64,000 nt of DNA from Octopus sinensis (Eukaryota): NCBI RefSeq assembly GCF_006345805.1, contig NC_042997.1, forward strand, positions 95,170,001-95,234,000, written 5' to 3'. Below, piece after piece: positions 14,115 through 25,100 of the stretch. Positions within the stretch are counted from its first letter, which is position 1. Every line of letters starts with the position of its first letter. The translations under genes were made by a program, and so were the position numbers. The notes below the pieces were generated by a model. That model was not told the origin of the DNA, made no database searches, and saw nothing but the letters and a program-made list of their open reading frames with translations.

Positions 14115-14247
14115 CTTGATTCAATCGATATTTTCTCTATCAAAGAACGGAATTATCTCTGAATGGAGTGTTATATCTGAATTCAGGAGAGAATCGCACT
14201 GGATCGTTGTAGACATCACTGTTTACGACCCGAACTAACAAGGTTTC
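14115..14247 (-). other. Candidate non-coding or UTR exon (133 bp)
   Basis: Acceptor ctattgttcaatttcag and donor AAG|gtaagt; all three frames contain stops. Confidence 0.2.
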
Positions 14248-16044
14248 CTGAAATTGAACAATAGATATAATGTCGCAATAGCAAAACCATTTCACCAACT
14301 CAGATATATCAGAGGTAGTAACCTTGGGTTATTTCACTTAACTCTTAGGTTCAAAGTTCACAAAGCAGGCTGGTCTTATATAGTTTATTTGTAATTTGAG
14401 TATTGAAATTCTACAGATTGATTTCTAAATGGACTTATTCTGTAGGAAGTGAATTTCACAACACTACACTGGTACGTTATTAAATAGATTTTCCTGCTTT
14501 TATTTTTACAGAGCTTTCTATTTCTTCCCTCCATCTTCTCATTAATCCATCCATCCATCCATCCATTAATCCACACACATATATATGTGTGCCTGTCTGT
14601 GTGAGAATGTAAGGTTGTAGGAGTATGAATATGTATATATATATATGTATATATGTGTGTGTATATCTATCTATCTATCTGTCTATCTATCTATCTATCA
14701 CTCTCACTTTCTCTGTGTGTGTGTATATATATATATATATATTATATATATATATATATATATATCTGTATGTGTTTGTGCCTGTGTACGTGCTTGTGTG
14801 TGTGTGTGTGCGTATGAATCAGTGCATGTATAACTATGATTGTGTGTAATTATGTGCATAGCTGTTCTACTTTTAAATAATAAAGACTCTTAGAAAGAAG
14901 CTTTTATTATTGAAAATAGGCCTTGCAGAAAAACAGTGCTTAATGGAAATATTAGAATAATTTCATGAAAAAGTGAAGAAAATTGTATGAATATCTGGTA
15001 TGGAAAGAAAAAAATGTTAATAAAAGTAAGAAAATGGAGTTATTACTTAAAACGGATTTAACAGAAAAAGAATGGCATTTGAAACTGTTCTATGCAATCC
15101 TGCATTTGATGTTTGGTTGTGAGAAGTGGAGAATGTTTCTACTGAATGGCAATATTTACAATGCAATTTTGGTCGCGCATAATAGGAAGATTATAATATT
15201 AACAATGAAAGTAATATTACTTATTGTAATAAAAATAGCATTTGGGATTTACTATGCGTTTCGAATTAATGGTCTACTGATAGCAATTGATGATTCATTT
15301 CTTTCAGAAAGTTATGCTCTGTCCGTTTCTTTTTCCAAAGAACATTTGTAAGTTTGTCCTAAATCTCCAGGTTTTCTTCACATAATTTTAGTTAGCCCCT
15401 ATTTCACGAGTTTTGTGTTATAAAATTTTCCCTTTCATAAGTGCTAAAGTACTGCAATAGATAAAACAAATGCAAAAATTTCTCATATGTATCACGTGAA
15501 CGTCAGGGAAATATGACCTGTGTATCACGCGTAATACACAATACAGGCAAATCGTTAAGTTTTGGCTGAAAAAGACTCCTCCTTCTCCTTGCCCGAGCAG
15601 TAAATATAAGTACTGTAGATTTCACAGTAATGTGGTTATGAGATAATCTTTTCGTGTTCGGTTAAAATCTACTCCACTCTTGCAAATATGCACTCGATTA
15701 CGGTCAAGTTCGACTCATATACTGTTCAAATAGCAAGAGATCGACAACAAGTAATATCATTTAAAATATTTGCTAATAGCCATCACTGACAAAATTATTA
15801 AATTTAAAACATAAATGACATTATATTCTTTATTATTTTCGTTGTTAGTACTTACACAATACCAGACGGAATAACAAATCTGAATTTATTTATTAAAATG
15901 AGTTATTTATTCAGCCGAAGGACATTAATTTTCTTCTCCGCCAGCTAGATGACCTTGATAAGGATATAGTTTCGAGTACGCATATGTGTATTTATATTCG
16001 CATATGAAGATATATGCATGCATACATATATGTACACACACACA

Positions 16045-16142
<98 letters not shown>

Positions 16143-16374
16143 ATATATATTAAACACACACACACAAAGTACTACACATATGTACATATACATAAATAGA
16201 AACAATCTTACATACAGATCATCCAACCCATACCAGCACGGGAATCAAACATTGGATTGAAAGAACTGAACAGTGGTATAAATGTCAGTACAATTGTTTC
16301 TTATCCCCCTCTTTCTTCTTTCTTCGTTCTCCAGCGACATCCCCTTCGAGATTCACAGGCACCCCCTCACACAC

Positions 16375-17030
16375 ACACACTCACAAAACAATAACAAAAA
16401 GAAATCCAGACAAGTTTTTGAGAAGTGACAATTTACCCCCTTTGAAGTGGCCAATTTCTAAAAGCCAAAAATCATTTACAGTTGCATAAATTAAACGCAT
16501 ATTGTTTTTCGTCTCTCTCCTCCTTCCTTTCATTCCCCTTTCCCATTTAACACACCCTTCAGATACGCACATACACACCTCCTCTCTCACAAGACAATGA
16601 TAAAAAGGAAATCCAGACAATTTTTTGAAAACAGATGGATTATCCATTACTAAAAGCCAAGAATTATTATTGACAAACGGACAAACTGCAAATATATCAA
16701 CAAATTTTCGCTCCTTTCTTTCCGACTTTTTCTCAAACATATCTTTCAGATACAAAAACACACACACACACGTACATACACACGCACACACACACTCTCA
16801 CAAGACAATGATAAAAAGGAAATCCAGACAGTTTTTTGAAAAGTGGCATTTTGCCCGCCTTGGAGTAAACAGTCGATTATTATTGACAACCTGACCAGCT
16901 GCAAAGAGATCAACAAATTATTTTTCTTCTTACTCTCCAGTTTCTTCCTTTCATTCTTTTTCTTTAACACCCTTTCAGATACAAAAAACACACACATACA
17001 CACATACACACATACACACACACGCACACA
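16375..17030. repeat. Diverged tandem repeat, three units of ~207-211 bp
   Basis: AAATCCAGACA at 16402, 16609 and 16820, each unit preceded by a (CA)n-rich run. Confidence 0.85.
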
Positions 17031-17541
17031 TCATGCTCTCCCTCACTTTCTCCCCATTCATCACTCTCTTGTACTATCTTATATTTCTCCCCACCACTAC
17101 ACACTCAATAACACTATAAAAAGAGTCAAAATTCCTGCAAGAACTTAATTCAATTTGATGACTCCACTAGAATGGACGAAAGCGCTATTTATATATGATT
17201 TATGATATATGATGTATAAAAACATGTAACATATAAATAAATATCTGTAAATATAAAACCATCCGGATCTCTGAGTACCTCATTTCTTCTAATATAAAAT
17301 ACCTGTACATCATCTTCAAACATTCTAATATATTTATTTGGATGTACAAGACATCAGAATGGATGGATTAGTATCAGACCCACAAACAGAGCATACCAAA
17401 AGTACAGAAAAAAGAATGGAACAGTATTAGAGCCACAACTGACTTATACCAAACACGCAGAAGACCCAAACACAATTCCGTAAAATATGCAACAACAAAA
17501 TAAATAAAGCAGAATCAAATTTTCAACAGGGGAATACCAGA

Positions 17542-17634
<93 letters not shown>

Positions 17635-17636
<2 letters not shown>

Positions 17637-18198
17637 TGAACTTTCTTCTTTGAAAAATCGATACGAACTGACAACACAAATCATATGGCGGGATCATCCA
17701 AATCACAAAGGAAAACAAATGGCAAAGAAACAAAACTGACACACATCAAGAAAAACCTTCAAAGCCCCAACACTGGAACAAACTTCTAAACCAACGTAAA
17801 CATGCTTATTGGAAAAGCATACGCTGTAAGAATATAGCCAACATATACCAAAACTGGCGGGACAAGAAGAGCCCAATACTCCCAACAAAATTCCTTATGA
17901 AAGCAATAAGCGGTGAAACAGCAATACGTGCAAACTTAGCCCTTTGCCGACTAGAAACGGAAATTTCTCTTCTACAAACACGAAGTTTAGACCAGGAACA
18001 ATTGATACCGTCATAATGGCCGAAATAACAGAAACGAACAACAACCAAAACAAAGAAAACCTACAGCAATTATGGAAAGAGGATACCAAACGAGAGGAGG
18101 AAAGATCCAGAAGTATGTGGATCAAACAACAGGAGTGGTTCGTAAACTACGAAAAGAAGTATGGGGAAAAATCAATCATGAAGACAAATCAACCATGA
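17635..18198 (+). pseudogene. Frameshifted coding remnant, probably retroelement-derived (ORF1 or N-terminal-like)
   Basis: A-rich coding-like DNA. Joined across a frameshift near 17990-18000 it reads HWNKLLNQRKHAYWKSIRCKNIANIYQNW..LPTKFLMKAISGETAIRANLALCRLETEISLLQTR / IDTVIMAEI..LQQLWKEDTKREEERSRSMWIKQQEWF. Family assignment is from memory and uncertain. Confidence 0.45.
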
Positions 18199-18503
18199 AT
18201 TTGCATGGTTTTTATATCTCTGTACGAAACGATTGTGTGCATGAATTAAAATTGTCTTACATATTTTAAAATCTCTTCTCCATTTTTAACAGAATTGTTG
18301 AGTTTTATTGGATTTCTTTCCTGAATTCACAATACATGTTATACATACACACACACACACACACATACATATATACATATATATGTATATATATATATAT
18401 TATATATATATATATATACATATTATACACACACACTCACATATATATACATGTATATATATATATATATATATATGCATATATATATATAATTATATAT
18501 ATA

Positions 18504-18547
<44 letters not shown>

Positions 18548-18741
18548 ATATATTATATAAAAGGGCTTAGTAAAATAAATTACTTTGCCGCATACTGAAC
18601 TCATTAGAAATAGCAGCTAAAAAATTTTTTAAAGCTATTTCTAATACTTAAAGAAAATCTCTCTCATATATAGTGTTTGCTTAATTCAACTCACAAAAGT
18701 TTGGGGGTAAGGACATCGAAAAATCAAATGCTAAGGTTATT

Positions 18742-18793
18742 TGAGAACGTACGTTTCAAGATTAGTCAAAACAACACTTCTATCATCAGCTCA
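18742..18793 (-). ncRNA. Minimal type I hammerhead ribozyme motif, unit 1
   Basis: Minus strand: stem I UGAG/CUCA, core CUGAUGA, imperfect stem II AGA..UCU, GAAA, palindromic stem III ACGUACGU, predicted cleavage after GUU. Confidence 0.7.
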
Positions 18794-19284
18794 GAAATTC
18801 CTTGGTTTGGATTTGGAAACACTGAAAATAAGAACATACCCTTTCGAAGATCTGCTCGTAACTAACAGTGCCAACAAATTCAAATAAGCAAGCGAAGAAT
18901 CTCTGTTCTCCCCTTTCCACCAGCGTGGGTTAAAATCATCAAACACTATGCTTATTTCGGTAAAATCCGAAGCATTAATCAGAGGGAGATTAATTATAAT
19001 TTCAACAATTGAGGGCAAAATTAATTAATTATTAATCAATTTCACAAGTGTTCAGTATGCAAGGGACCATTCAAGGCGAATTCAAATTATTACATTATAT
19101 AAAAGGGCTTAGTAAAATAAATTACTTTGCCGCATACTGAACTCATTAGAAATAGCAGCTAAAAAACTTTTTTAAAGCTATTTCTAATACTTAAAGAAAA
19201 TCTCTCTCATATATAGTGTTTGCTTAATTCAACTCACAAAAGTTTGGGGGTAAGGACATCGAAAAATCAAATGCTAAGGTTATT

Positions 19285-19336
19285 TGAGAACGTACGTTTC
19301 AAGATTAGTCAAAACAACACTTCTATCATCAGCTCA
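19285..19336 (-). ncRNA. Hammerhead motif, unit 2
   Basis: Identical to 18742-18793. Confidence 0.7.
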
Positions 19337-19755
19337 GAAATTCCTTGGTTTGGATTTGGAAACACTGAAAATAAGAACATACCCTTTCGAAGATCTGCTC
19401 GTAACTAACAGTGCCAACAAATTCAAATAAGCAAGCGAAGAATCTCTGTTCTCCCCTTTCCACCAGCGTGGGAACAATTGAGGGCAAAATTAATTAATTA
19501 TTAATCAATTTCACCAAGTGTTCAGTATGCAAAGGGACCATTCAAGGCGAATTCAAATTATTACATTATATAAAAGGGCTTAGTAAAATAAATTACTTTG
19601 CCGCATACTGAACTCATTAGAAATAGCAGCTAAAAAACTTTTTTAAAGCTATTTCTAATACTTAAAGAAAATCTCTCTCATATATAGTGTTTGCTTAATT
19701 CAACTCACAAAAGTTTGGGGGTAAGGACATCGAAAAATCAAATGCTAAGGTTATT

Positions 19756-19807
19756 TGAGAACGTATGTTTCAAGATTAGTCAAAACAACACTTCTATCAT
19801 CAGCTCA
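19756..19807 (-). ncRNA. Hammerhead motif, unit 3 (stem III point mutation)
   Basis: Plus strand reads ACGTATGT instead of ACGTACGT, which breaks one stem III pair. Confidence 0.6.
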
Positions 19808-20299
19808 GAAATTCCTTGGTTTGGATTTGGAAACACTGAAAATAAGAACATACCCTTTCGAAGATCTGCTCGTAACTAACATTGCCAACAAATTCAAATA
19901 AGCAAGCGAAGAATCTCTGTTCTCCCCTTTCCACCAGCGTGGGTTAAAATCATCAAACACTATGCTTATTTCGGTAAAATCCGAAGCATTAATCAGAGGG
20001 AGATTAATTATAATTTCAACAATTGAGGGCAAAATTAATTAATTATTAATCAATTTCACCAAGTGTTCAGTATGCAAAGGGACCATTCAAGGCGAATTCA
20101 AATTATTACATTATATAAAAGGGCTTAGTAAAATAAATTACTTTGCCGCATACTGAACTCATTAGAAATAGCAGCTAAAAAACTTTTTTAAGCTATTTCT
20201 AATACTTAAAGAAAATCTCTCTCATATATAGTGTTTGCTTAATTCAACTCACAAAAGTTTGGGGGTAAGGACATCGAAAAATCAAATGCTAAGGTTATT

Positions 20300-20351
20300 T
20301 GAGAACGTACGTTTCAAGATTAGTCAAAACAACACTTCTATCATCAGCTCA
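20300..20351 (-). ncRNA. Hammerhead motif, unit 4
   Basis: Identical to unit 1. Confidence 0.7.
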
Positions 20352-20804
20352 GAAATTCCTTGGTTTGGATTTGGAAACACTGAAAATAAGAACATACCCT
20401 TTCGAAGATCTGCTCGTAACTAACAGTGCCAACAAATTCAAATAAGCAAGCGAAGAATCTCTGTTCTCCCCTTTCCACCAGCGTGGGTTAAAATCATCAA
20501 ACACTATGCTTATTTCGGTAAAATCCGAAGCATTAATCAGAGGGAGATTGATTATAATTTCAACAATTGAGGGCAAAATTAATTAATTATTGTTGAAATT
20601 ATAATTAATCTCCCTCTGATTAATGCTTCGGATTTTACCGAAATAAGCATAGTGTTTGATGATTTTAACCCACGCTGGTGGAAAGGGGAGAACAGAGATT
20701 CTTCGCTTGCTTATTTGAATTTGTTGGCACTGTTAGTTACGAGCAGATCTTCGAAAGGGTATGTTCTTATTTTCAGTGTTTCCAAATCCAAACCAAGGAA
20801 TTTC

Positions 20805-20856
20805 TGAGCTGATGATAGAAGTGTTGTTTTGACTAATCTTGAAACGTACGTTCTCA
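20805..20856 (+). ncRNA. Hammerhead motif in the inverted arm
   Basis: TGAG CTGATGA T AGA AGTGTTGTTTTGACTAA TCT T GAA ACGTACGT T CTCA, read directly on the plus strand. Confidence 0.7.
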
Positions 20857-21140
20857 AATAACCTTAGCATTTGATTTTTCGATGTCCTTACCCCCAAACT
20901 TTTGTGAGTTGAATTAAGCAAACACTATATATGAGAGAGATTTTCTTTAAGTATTAGAAATAGCTTTAAAAAAGTTTTTTAGCTGCTATTTCTAATGAGT
21001 TCAGTATGCGGCAAAGTAATTTATTTTACTAAGCCCTTTTATATAATGTAATAATTTGAATTCGCCTTGAATGGTCCCTTTGCATACTGAACACTTGGTG
21101 AAATTGATTAATAATTAATTAATTTTGCCCTCAATTGTTG

Positions 21141-21186
<46 letters not shown>

Positions 21187-21988
21187 ATATATGTACATAT
21201 ATATATATATATACACATACATATATATACATACACACACACGCATATATATACATACGCACAAACACATATACAGTTGCGTATTTATATGTATATAATG
21301 TACACATATATTTTTGTAAATTGAGTGGTTCTATGCTCATTATATACGTTAGGAACTTGACTATCTTAAGGTAACAATTTCGATGTATTTTGAGGTCGTT
21401 TAACAAGTTTAGAAGTAAAAAAAATGAAAGAAAATTTAATGAAATGATCTACTCATACTCCTCATAATCTCCGACATATTAATCGTTCACAATACTGATA
21501 TTTTGTAATGGTGCAATTTTACAGTTTCACCGCCAACACTAACTCATTGAATTGGAACTCCTATTGCCATTTCAAGTTGCACAATAAACAATAGGTACAA
21601 TATAAAGAACTAATATAATTCAAACAAATATATCGACCGCTATCTTCTAACAGTCTTAAGTAAGTTATTGTTGATGCAGTACTTCATTTTTGTATAAAAG
21701 GAAACAATCTCTGTAATGTCAAAGTGAATTATAGGTGGCACTGAGAATAAATTATATATGTCCAGCTTCTATTGTTTTGTCATACTACAATTTACAAAAC
21801 ATGAATAATTTTTAAGCATCTTTTCCGCATCATTTCTTTTTGGGACACTTTATAATCGAATAAATAGATATATCACTTGATCACTATAGATAGTTCCCAG
21901 CTTTCCCATTCTTATCACTGTGGTAAAACAATGTATTGAACTATCTACGAATATACATATACAGTTACACAAGCACACACACACACAT

Positions 21989-22042
<54 letters not shown>

Positions 22043-22080
22043 TGTATTGTCAGATTGTGTGTGTAGGAGTATGCACGCGC

Positions 22081-22340
22081 AATAAATAATAAATGCACCC
22101 TTTTAAAGCCCGGCCAGGCTCATGGGCCCGGTTTCCCGGTTTCGATGGCGTATGTGTTCCTCAGCTGGATGGGACACCGGTCCATCGCAGCGTTACTCAT
22201 TTTTGCCAGCTGATTGGACTGGAGCAACGTAAAATGAAGTGTTTTGCTCAAGAACACAGCGCATCGCCCGGTCCAGGAATCGAAACCACAATCTTACAAT
22301 CATGATGCTGACACCCTAACCACTAAGCCACGCGCCTCCA
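22081..22340 (-). mobile_element. Near full-length tRNA-derived SINE
   Basis: Minus strand GGAGGCGCGTGGCTTAGTGG (A box) ... GGTTTCGATTCC (B box), a central domain, and a (TTA/TTTA) tail at 22081-22092. Confidence 0.88.
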
Positions 22341-22845
22341 CATGTACGCGCATGCATGTGTGTAAATATAGATATACTTTTATATGCTGTCGCTCATTTA
22401 CTAATTTCTTCTACTTGAGTACTGTTCTAAACGTGTGTTAAAGTAAGTACGTAATAGTTGATACTGAATACAAATATTTACCTGCAGTTTTTAGTTTTTA
22501 TTGTTTGGGCTGAGGTTTAGGCGATACGTATATCTCAAAACTGATTTCGACAAAACGAAATTTTCTGATACTAGTAATTTCGCTGAGATCAAAAGACAAT
22601 CAGAAGAAGAGATATAAGTTAAAAGTACGAAATAGAGTGGCGGACAGTCATAGGGAAGGAATATATGCTGTGTTCTATAAATCTAGTAGCTAGTGTTGTA
22701 ATGGACTGAGCATAAATAAATAAAATGGAACCAAATAGAAAAGAATTTGGAATATAATACAACCCTCATCCACTAGAAGTCTGGAGGTGGAACACAAAAA
22801 CAGGAAGGAAAGAAGTCACAAAATGTTAACATTAAGGTCAATATA

Positions 22846-23091
22846 TTGGGATGGTGCATAACTATTGCGAATTTTTTTTTTTGAACGAATTTTATTCAAC
22901 AAAAACAATAACAACACATAACAAAAACATCTTTAAATGATTATTCCGGAGCATAATCACCATCTACTTCAATTACTGCTGGTTGGCAGACAGTCAGACC
23001 GTCATTTAAAGATGGTCTTGTTAAATATTGTCATTGTTTTTGTTGAATAAAATTTGTTGAAAAAAGCCGCAATAATTATGCAGCAACCCAA
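22846..23091. mobile_element. Mariner-type MITE
   Basis: TA|TTGGGATGGTGCATAACTATTGCG ... CGCAATAATTATGCAGCAACCCAA|TA; TIRs of about 80-90 bp resemble Hsmar1/MADE1-type ends. Confidence 0.88.
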
Positions 23092-23124
23092 TATATTGTG
23101 AGTGTGCGTATGTGCGTTTGTGTA

Positions 23125-23640
23125 GTTGCGGGGCTTAGTAGATAGGGCATTGCATTCGCGATTGCTAGATCGTGGGTTTGATTCCCGAACCGGACGGCAC
23201 CTACACTTAAAACGTTGCTTTCCGATCATTTCGGCATCTCAAGTGTGGCACACGTGCCCCTGTTCAAAACATGTTGATGTGATGGAGAGAGTGATGTGAT
23301 AGAGGGGGAGAAACGTTTTGTGTACGTGTTTGACGCCGGCAGGGCTTGGGATCTACCGTTGGTTTGATTACGTCCCAGTAACTTAGAGGTTTAGCAAAAG
23401 AGACTGAAATGCGTCTGAATTGCAAAGTCGACCTCGGCAGACTTTGCGCTCAAAACGTAGCAATAAACGAAAAGTCGGTAAACAACTGGCGTACTAATGA
23501 TTTTGACAGTTTACCGCTTTATTGTAAATGCAGTACTGGTTTCAAATTTTGGTTCAAGGCCAGAAATTTGGGGTAAGAGGATAAGTCGATTATATTGTGT
23601 CCCGGATTCAACTGGTACTTACTTTATCGACACCGAAATT
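23125..23640 (+). mobile_element. Degenerate tRNA-SINE followed by fragments of the abundant SINE-like repeat
   Basis: GGGGCTTAGTAGATAGGG (A-box-like), GGGTTTGATTCCC (B-box-like), then AAAGTCGACCTCGGC and CAACTGGTACTTA motifs. Confidence 0.6.
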
Positions 23641-24474
23641 GTAAATGGAATATTAAATTAATAATTTGTAAAAACGTGAAGATTAACAATCTGATTATAA
23701 CAATATTTATTTTTTATACAACTTTCATGAATTGCTATAAAATGTCTATAAGTACATACTATATTGCTATATTTGTGGGCTTTCAGGCCATTTTGAATCA
23801 AACAAAATAATGAGAAAATGCTTTCTAGAAGAAAAATAATGTTTGCAGTGTTGTGTCGTAATATCTCCAGGACGACCAATTCAGCTATATTCTGATATGA
23901 AACGGAACTGGCTGGTGAGACAAGCAGTTAAAATGGCATAGAGAAGCTTACATAATTCTTGCTATTGTTAATTTGGTTTTCTGCTTTTGTTAGTGTTTTA
24001 CGTGTATAATGTCTCCTGTGTTATATGGGTATTTGCTGTCTAATTTTTATGTTGCGTGAGTAACTGTAAATGTGTTTCACAAGAAATTGCGGTATTCATG
24101 ATCTAGACAGTCTGATGTTATAAAACTATCGGTAAACTCATAAATTGCAGATGTGCTGATAACTTGATATGGTATGATTCGTATGTGAAAATTTGGTCTG
24201 AAATAATTCTAAAATTCAGCCCGGCAAAATAAAGTATTCAATTAAAGAGCTCGGTAGAATTTATTTTCGTAGTTTATTGGTATAGAGTTGAAAGATTGAT
24301 GAAAGATAGAGATTAATAACTGCGAAATTTTCATAGAAATGTATACAGTTGTAGCGTAGATCATGAATTTCTTTCCAGCGCATAATCTTAATCGCCCTCT
24401 CAGCTCTCTTTCCCTCTGCACTATTACTACAATGGAAGTGTAATATATGATACAAGCATGGAGGTACATAACCG

Positions 24475-24547
<73 letters not shown>

Positions 24548-24696
24548 CAAATGTATATAGGTCACACACATATATATGTGTATATATAAAGTTATGCATA
24601 TCTGGATATGTGTTACGTGTGTAGCTACATATATGATATACATATATATATACTCACGTATATTTTGTATATATAAACTAATATAAAGATGTATAT

Positions 24697-24736
<40 letters not shown>

Positions 24737-25100
24737 GTGTGTGTGTGTAAAGAAGGGCGTTTGTCTATCCGCAGGGTGTGTGTGTGTTTATATATGAAAG
24801 GGAATCATACTTATCATTCTACTGAGTTTGTCGGGGAGATATCTGATGAATTACTTAATTTTTAGCCAACAAAATCTCTCCCCAGCAAATATTCTACATT
24901 TCTATACCTTTTGATTACTTATTTTTCTAGTAGTATGTGGACATGTTACATATATACTAAAGCTCATCGGAATATAAGAGTATCATAACAGAAAACTGCA
25001 ACCCCATTGCCAAATGATAGAAACTTCGACTCATTGAGCGATGGTCTCACATTATCATCGTATTTCATTTCCTCTGTCTGGCCACTCAGGCTTTCATAGA

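Larger units (their letters stand above)
18554..21148. repeat. Hammerhead-containing tandem array (four units) with fold-back inverted arm; retrozyme-like
   Basis: AAAAGGGCTTAG recurs with GGG at 18563, 19105, 19576 and 20121 (periods 542, 471, 545). Unit 2 has a 74-bp deletion at 19472/19473. 20589-21148 is the reverse complement of about 20008-20567. (TA)n flanks both ends. Confidence 0.95.

Noticed and set aside
18677-19018. Repeated 62-aa (+) and 75-aa (-) ORFs in the array
   Set aside because: No recognisable domain, non-ATG starts, and not evidently conserved in the diverged subfamily, whereas the RNA stems are.
18554-21148. Array read as a Helentron/DINE-1-like or CRISPR-like structure
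   Set aside because: There are no unique spacers, so it is not CRISPR. The Helentron reading was downgraded because ends are not fixed between loci and a covarying hammerhead explains the tandem and inverted layout better; it is not fully excluded.
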